Positions 59,244 to 64,000 of a stretch of DNA of 64,000 nucleotides are shown here, piece by piece. Under the pieces are notes generated by a model. That model saw only the letters and a program-made list of their open reading frames with translations, was not told the origin of the DNA and made no database searches. The stretch comes from Pirellulales bacterium (lineage in GTDB: Bacteria > Planctomycetota > Planctomycetia > Pirellulales > UBA1268). How positions within the stretch are numbered: position 1 is the first letter of the stretch; each line of letters starts with the position of its first letter. The position numbers and the translations under genes were made by a program. The stretch spans positions 264 through 64,263 of the forward strand of contig JADHSL010000010.1 of NCBI GenBank assembly GCA_016776925.1, in the 5' to 3' direction.

Positions 59244-60908
59244 ATGAGTCAGTCGGCCTCTACTATCAACACCTTTGTCAGCCTTTTGCGAAAAAGTGGT
59301 CTCGCGGAAGCGTCAAAAATTGATGACGTCGTTGCCTCCTTTGATGATCTCGATGCTCCTCTAAGCGACGAGGTTACACAAGCGTTTATAGACGCCGAAC
59401 TTATTACGACTTGGCATCTGAAACAGCTCCTCAAAGGGAAACACAGAGGCTTTTTCCTTGAGCGATATAAATTACTCAATGAATTAGGAAAAGGCGGCAT
59501 GAGCAGTGTGTACCTCGCCGAACACACAAGCATGCATCTCCCGGTAGCCATTAAAGTTCTGCCTGTCAAAAGGGTAGGTGAAAAATCATACCTGGAGCGA
59601 TTCAAAAGAGAGGCAAAAGCTTCTTTTAAACTCCGTCATGATAATATTGCCGGCGCCACAAACTTCGATCATAATGGCGATCTCTGGTATATCGTACTTG
59701 ACTATATTGAGGGCGAAGACCTTCACCAAAAGGTCAAGCGTGCTGGGCCTCTCCCGATACGAGATGCTGTTGAATATATTCGCCAGGCAGCATGTGGTCT
59801 TCAATACGCTCACGAAGAAGGCCTTGTTCACCGTGACATTAAGCCTGCCAATTTGATGTTGGATACCAAGGGTACAGTCAAAATTCTTGACCTGGGTCTT
59901 GCGCTTGACGGAGATGATGATGAAGAGGGTGGGCTCACAAAGGCCCACGACGAAAAGGTGCTGGGCACGGCCGACTATCTTGCTCCTGAGCAATCCAAAA
60001 ACAGCCACTCGGCTGACCCTCGTTCAGATATCTATGCACTCGGTTGCACGCTCTACTACCTCATTGTTGGCAGAGCACCGTTCGCCCGAGGAAGCGTCAT
60101 TGAACGGATCAAGGCACATTGGAATGAGCCGGCACCCAACCCTCTTGAAGAACTTGAGAAACCGCCGGCAGATCTCGATTCAGCACTTATTGATCTCTAT
60201 TTCAGGATGATGGAAAAACATCCTGATGCCCGCCCACAAACTGCTGGAGAAGTCTCAGAACAGCTCGACGCGTGGCTGAATCAGCACCGGCAAGATCGGC
60301 CCCAGCCAGCGGGATTACGGCGACACACCACTGAAAGTCCTGAAGGCAGTAGTGGTTCACTCCCAACATCTCATTCTTCGAGTATTACCGGGCTGCGACG
60401 CCAGCCGTCAAAGAAAACCCAAAAGTCAAATATCGGAAGCTCGGGAAACCTTCGCCGCACGCCTGGCGGTAAGAATCCCGAATCCTCAGACGATTTTGAA
60501 CATCCTGATGATGACGATGACTTTCTTGATAGTGCTGACACAGATGGGGAAACTGAAGAGGAAGAAGAGGATGACTTTCTTTTCGCTGGTTCCGGAAGCA
60601 ATTCGCCAGCGACGTCTTCTGGCGATCAATCAGGAAGCAATGAGGATGATGATTTCCTTGCCATGACAGGCGGCGGCGTCTCAGGCTCCGGAGTTTCGCC
60701 TCAAACTCAGTTACAAGCCGATGACATTTCTGTCGACGAATGGTGGAGCACGACTTTTATGCGACTCTCCCTGCGGGCCTGGTTCTGGATTGGAATTGGG
60801 CTTTTTATCACGTTCGTACTGACTGTTATCACCATCGAAGTGATGAAGGCATACGAAGCAGGTCCTTTCAAAAAAGAGACTACTGCGGTAACAGCCTCGG
60901 CAGAATAA
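59244..60908 (+). CDS. Ser/Thr protein kinase with acidic low-complexity linker and C-terminal TM helix
   Basis: ELGKGGMSSVYLAEH...VAIKVL (ATP site), HRDIKPANLML, ILDLGLA and GTADYLAPEQ. The C-terminal helix is WFWIGIGLFITFVLTVITI. ATG 59244 is preferred over 59112. Confidence 0.93.
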   Translation: MSQSASTINTFVSLLRKSGLAEASKIDDVVASFDDLDAPLSDEVTQAFIDAELITTWHLKQLLKGKHRGFFLERYKLLNELGKGGMSSVYLAEHTSMHLPVAIKVLPVKRVGEKSYLERFKREAKASFKLRHDNIAGATNFDHNGDLWYIVLDYIEGEDLHQKVKRAGPLPIRDAVEYIRQAACGLQYAHEEGLVHRDIKPANLMLDTKGTVKILDLGLALDGDDDEEGGLTKAHDEKVLGTADYLAPEQSKNSHSADPRSDIYALGCTLYYLIVGRAPFARGSVIERIKAHWNEPAPNPLEELEKPPADLDSALIDLYFRMMEKHPDARPQTAGEVSEQLDAWLNQHRQDRPQPAGLRRHTTESPEGSSGSLPTSHSSSITGLRRQPSKKTQKSNIGSSGNLRRTPGGKNPESSDDFEHPDDDDDFLDSADTDGETEEEEEDDFLFAGSGSNSPATSSGDQSGSNEDDDFLAMTGGGVSGSGVSPQTQLQADDISVDEWWSTTFMRLSLRAWFWIGIGLFITFVLTVITIEVMKAYEAGPFKKETTAVTASAE

Positions 60909-61077
60909 GTGTCACTCGTGGTCATATGCTGACAGGAGATATCGACGACGACTGAGCGCCTCAAATTGATATTGTAGATACGATGATAGAGGACCCTCAC
61001 TCGTCACGAGGGTTTGGGCACTGCTCTAAAGGCATCCAATCCCCGGACAGTCTGATTTTCATAAATCCTTTTTCCAC

Positions 61078-61842
61078 CTAGCTTGTAGAAAGGAAATCCA
61101 CTTCTCGTAGTTCAACAAGCCGTGTCCGATTTGTGAGATCATACTCCAATGGAGTAATCGTAATCACACCCTCAGCAAGTGCTGTCACATCACTGTCTTG
61201 GGCTGATGGTGGTGGTGGTGGATCGTTACTGGCCCAGTAATAATTTCGACCACGTGGATCGACACGTCGCTCAAATGCTTCTCCGTAACGGGCGACACTC
61301 ATAGGAACAACTCGTACTTCTGGTGTTTCGACGAGAGCCGCCGTAGGAATATTGATATTAAAGAGACTGCCAGCAGGTGGACGGAGTGAAATGAGCTTTT
61401 TGACAAGCCCACTTGCAAACTGTGCTGCCCGCTCAAAATTCATCTGATCATCCCATTCCAGCGACACAGCAATGCTGGTAATTCCAAAAAATGAGCCTTC
61501 AATAGCCGCCGCCACCGTACCCGAATAGAGAACGTTAATACCGGCATTCAGACCAGCATTAATCCCACTGATAATGAGATCTGGTCGTTGTGGGCAGATT
61601 TCAGAAACACCAAGTTTCACGGCATCGGCGGGGCTGCCGTCAACCGCCCATCCGCAACGTTTCTCACCTCGAGAGACTTCCTTCGCTGTAAGCGGTGAAA
61701 GGAATGTAATGCCGTGACCAACACCACTCTGCTCGGTAGATGGTGCGACAACGAGTGTACGGAACTCATTGTTCACCGCATCTTCAAGTGCGGCCAGCCC
61801 TGGCGCGTAGATTCCGTCATCATTTGTAAGCAGGGCAAACAT
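61078..61842 (-). CDS. surE: 5'/3'-nucleotidase SurE
   Basis: MFALLTNDDGIYAPGL, GINAGLNAG and YSGTVAAAIEG. Confidence 0.95.
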   Translation of the reverse strand: MFALLTNDDGIYAPGLAALEDAVNNEFRTLVVAPSTEQSGVGHGITFLSPLTAKEVSRGEKRCGWAVDGSPADAVKLGVSEICPQRPDLIISGINAGLNAGINVLYSGTVAAAIEGSFFGITSIAVSLEWDDQMNFERAAQFASGLVKKLISLRPPAGSLFNINIPTAALVETPEVRVVPMSVARYGEAFERRVDPRGRNYYWASNDPPPPPSAQDSDVTALAEGVITITPLEYDLTNRTRLVELREVDFLSTS

Positions 61843-62018
61843 GCAGATTCTCCAATAAACAGGCCGACCGGCATTCGATCAAGACTTTATAACCAAGACT
61901 CTCACCCCCAATTTAGCAGTTCACGCCGGGAAACTCATACAATGGTGTGTTTTCATGGGGTAGTGGGGGTATACTGATGGGCTTCCAAAAAAGTCCCCGA
62001 GGGAATAACCAGGTACCA

Positions 62019-63614
62019 ATGACGAGTCCACTACCGGGAGCCACTGTTACAGATCACAAAGCGTTCGATGCTGTGAATGCCGAACGGGTGGTGGTTTTAG
62101 ATTTCGGATCGCAATATGCCCAGCTCATCGCTCGGCGCGTTCGTGAACAACATGTGTACTGTGAGATTGTCCGTCATGACATCACGGCAGAAAGACTCGC
62201 CGAAATCTCACCGAAAGGCATCATTCTCTCTGGTGGACCGGCAAGTATTTACGAAGACAATGCTCCTCGCTGTGACCCCGGCCTGTTCGCTCTGGGCGTG
62301 CCGGTTCTTGGCATTTGCTATGGCATGCAGGCTGCTTGTGAAGCACTTGGTGGCACGGTGGGCCGTGCCGAAGCACGAGAATACGGTCGATCCAGCTGTG
62401 ATGTTATTTCAGACAGTTCACTTTTCTCGGGTGTCCCGGCGAGTACCGATGTCTGGATGAGTCATGGGGATCAGGTAGCCACTGTTTCAGATGACTTTAT
62501 TCCACTAGCAAAAACAGCAACCTGCCCTCTGGCTGCCGTTCGCCATAAGACCCTTCCAGTCTTTGGCTTGCAATTTCATCCCGAGGTTACACACACACCA
62601 GCAGGAAGCGAGATTCTCGGCAACTTCCTCCAGCACGAATGTGGTTGCACCGGGACGTGGCGTCTGGAAGATTTTGCAGAACTTGCAATTGAGTCAATCA
62701 GACACCAAGTTGGTTCTGACCGCGTCATCTGCGGCCTTTCTGGTGGCGTTGATTCAGCGGTTGTGGCAGCGCTCATTAGCAAAGCGATCGGCGATAAACT
62801 TTCCTGCATTCTTGTTGACAATGGTCTTCTCCGAAAGAATGAGGCTTCTGCAGTTATTGAAGAGTTTTCCGATCACTTCAAGACAGATCTTCATGTTGTT
62901 TCAGCTGAGGACAGATTTCTTGACGTCCTCGCAAGCGTTACCGAGCCACAGGAAAAACGGCGTCGCATTGGAGCAACGTTTATTGACTGTTTTGCCGACG
63001 AAGCATCAAAAATCGATGGCGCCCGCTTCCTCGCGCAGGGAACGCTCTACCCTGATGTTATCGAGAGTGGTGCGGCTGCGGACGGACCTGCGGCGACTAT
63101 CAAACTTCACCACAACGTTGGTGGCCTGCCAGATGATCTTCAATTTGAACTTATTGAGCCACTCCGAGATCTATTTAAGGATGAAGTTCGCCAGCTCGGC
63201 ATCAATCTAGGCTTGCCTGAGCATATTGTTTGGCGTCATCCTTTTCCCGGCCCAGGCCTTGCCGTTCGCTGTCTTGGCGAGATAACAAAACCACGACTTG
63301 ATACACTTCGTGAAGCTGATGCGATTGTCCTTCAAGAACTACGAGATGCCGGGTTGATGAGAAAAATCGCACAGGCTTTTGCTGTTCTGCTTCCAGTGCA
63401 AAGCGTCGGAGTAATGGGTGACGCCCGCACCTATGAAGATGCTCTAGCAATTCGTGCTGTTGAAACTGAAGACTTCATGACTGCGGACTGGAGTCATATT
63501 CCCTACGAGGTTCTTGGCCGCATGTCCACCAGAATTATCAACGAGGTACGGGGAGTCAACCGAGTCGTATACGATATTTCCTCAAAGCCACCAGCAACCA
63601 TTGAATGGGAATAG
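62019..63614 (+). CDS. guaA: GMP synthase (glutamine-hydrolysing)
   Basis: GATase VLGICYGMQ...HPE, ATP-PPase loop [10 protein letters not shown], and C-terminal [14 protein letters not shown]. The start is probably ATG 62019. The track ORF starts at 61947. Confidence 0.97.
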   Translation: MTSPLPGATVTDHKAFDAVNAERVVVLDFGSQYAQLIARRVREQHVYCEIVRHDITAERLAEISPKGIILSGGPASIYEDNAPRCDPGLFALGVPVLGICYGMQAACEALGGTVGRAEAREYGRSSCDVISDSSLFSGVPASTDVWMSHGDQVATVSDDFIPLAKTATCPLAAVRHKTLPVFGLQFHPEVTHTPAGSEILGNFLQHECGCTGTWRLEDFAELAIESIRHQVGSDRVICGLSGGVDSAVVAALISKAIGDKLSCILVDNGLLRKNEASAVIEEFSDHFKTDLHVVSAEDRFLDVLASVTEPQEKRRRIGATFIDCFADEASKIDGARFLAQGTLYPDVIESGAAADGPAATIKLHHNVGGLPDDLQFELIEPLRDLFKDEVRQLGINLGLPEHIVWRHPFPGPGLAVRCLGEITKPRLDTLREADAIVLQELRDAGLMRKIAQAFAVLLPVQSVGVMGDARTYEDALAIRAVETEDFMTADWSHIPYEVLGRMSTRIINEVRGVNRVVYDISSKPPATIEWE

Positions 63615-63768
63615 CTACATCACGTTTTGCTTACGCTTTCCCCAACGGTCGCTACTCTTCCCCCTATTGGCTGACAATACAAATTAGTTCGACCTTGCGA
63701 GTGGGCATAAAGCCAATACAGTGTGAACTACGTTGCCCGCACGAAGGCCGTCATTTTCTCGACAACGA

Positions 63769-64000
63769 ATGACTTCCATGAAAAATGACACGCAGCCGAA
63801 GCCACCACCCCTAGGAATCATCTTTGCGCTACCTATTGAAGCCCACACGTTTGAACGACGCCTTGGCAACGCCACGAAATACCAGGGTCAAAAGTCTGTC
63901 ATTTACGAAGGCTATGTATCCGATCACCTAGTCGTCTGGACAATTTCTGGAGTAGGTCGGCAGGCGGCTCGAGATGCCGCACAGCTCATGATTGACGGCC
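63769..64000 (+). CDS. PNP_UDP_1 (nucleoside phosphorylase / MTA-SAH nucleosidase-like) family protein, 5' fragment
   Basis: My own translation, since the gene is not in the track and runs off the right edge: MTSMKNDTQPKPPPLGIIFALPIEAHTFERRL...VIYEGYVSDHLVVWTISGVGRQAARDAAQLMIDG. The pattern IGIIxAxxxE...G...V.L..SGIGkvaAa matches Pfs/MqnB/HpnG-type enzymes. The subfamily cannot be decided from 77 aa. Confidence 0.5.
   Translation, partial: MTSMKNDTQPKPPPLGIIFALPIEAHTFERRLGNATKYQGQKSVIYEGYVSDHLVVWTISGVGRQAARDAAQLMIDG

Overview
Gene-dense 64-kb chromosomal window, about 50-55% GC by eye. I call about 50 CDS and one tRNA-Thr(CGU). I saw no transposase, integrase, phage genes or CRISPR array. 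The content suggests a Planctomycetota/PVC-type genome, which is an inference. Supporting genes are a secreted CxPxR sulfatase, an orphan RpoA-alphaCTD/TPR protein, an excisionase-type HTH protein with an acidic tail, a membrane-anchored Ser/Thr kinase, a Lys-rich H1-like protein and many lineage-specific secreted or membrane hypotheticals. Housekeeping genes recognised from motifs are resB (edge-truncated and missing from the ORF track), bioA, a CBS-type family II pyrophosphatase, comEC, rpmE-prfA-prmC, kdsA, argG, pyk, glnD, a PduO-type adenosyltransferase, proC, trxA, an RpoD-like sigma factor, guaB, ilvD, surE and guaA. The best candidate for an undescribed system is a translationally coupled three-gene unit at 9757-14179. 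It encodes a MotA/ExbB-type channel with a long helical tail, followed by two coiled-coil-extended ExbD/TolR-like proteins. One of these keeps the protonatable Asp and the other has lost it and carries a ~255-aa Gly/Ser-rich linker. No TonB, TolA, Pal or flagellar partner is nearby. Other points worth follow-up: a TPR protein with two RpoA alphaCTD copies next to a Rho_N/DUF4912-like protein; an AT-rich island encoding a zinc-ribbon/LRR-like protein; a tail-anchored HTH protein; a btaA/btaB-like betaine-lipid pair with repeat motifs upstream; a TM-BRCT-coiled-coil protein; and two structured non-coding gaps. Many ORF-track N-termini start at TTG or GTG and look over-extended, so I give the start I consider more likely where the sequence supports one.
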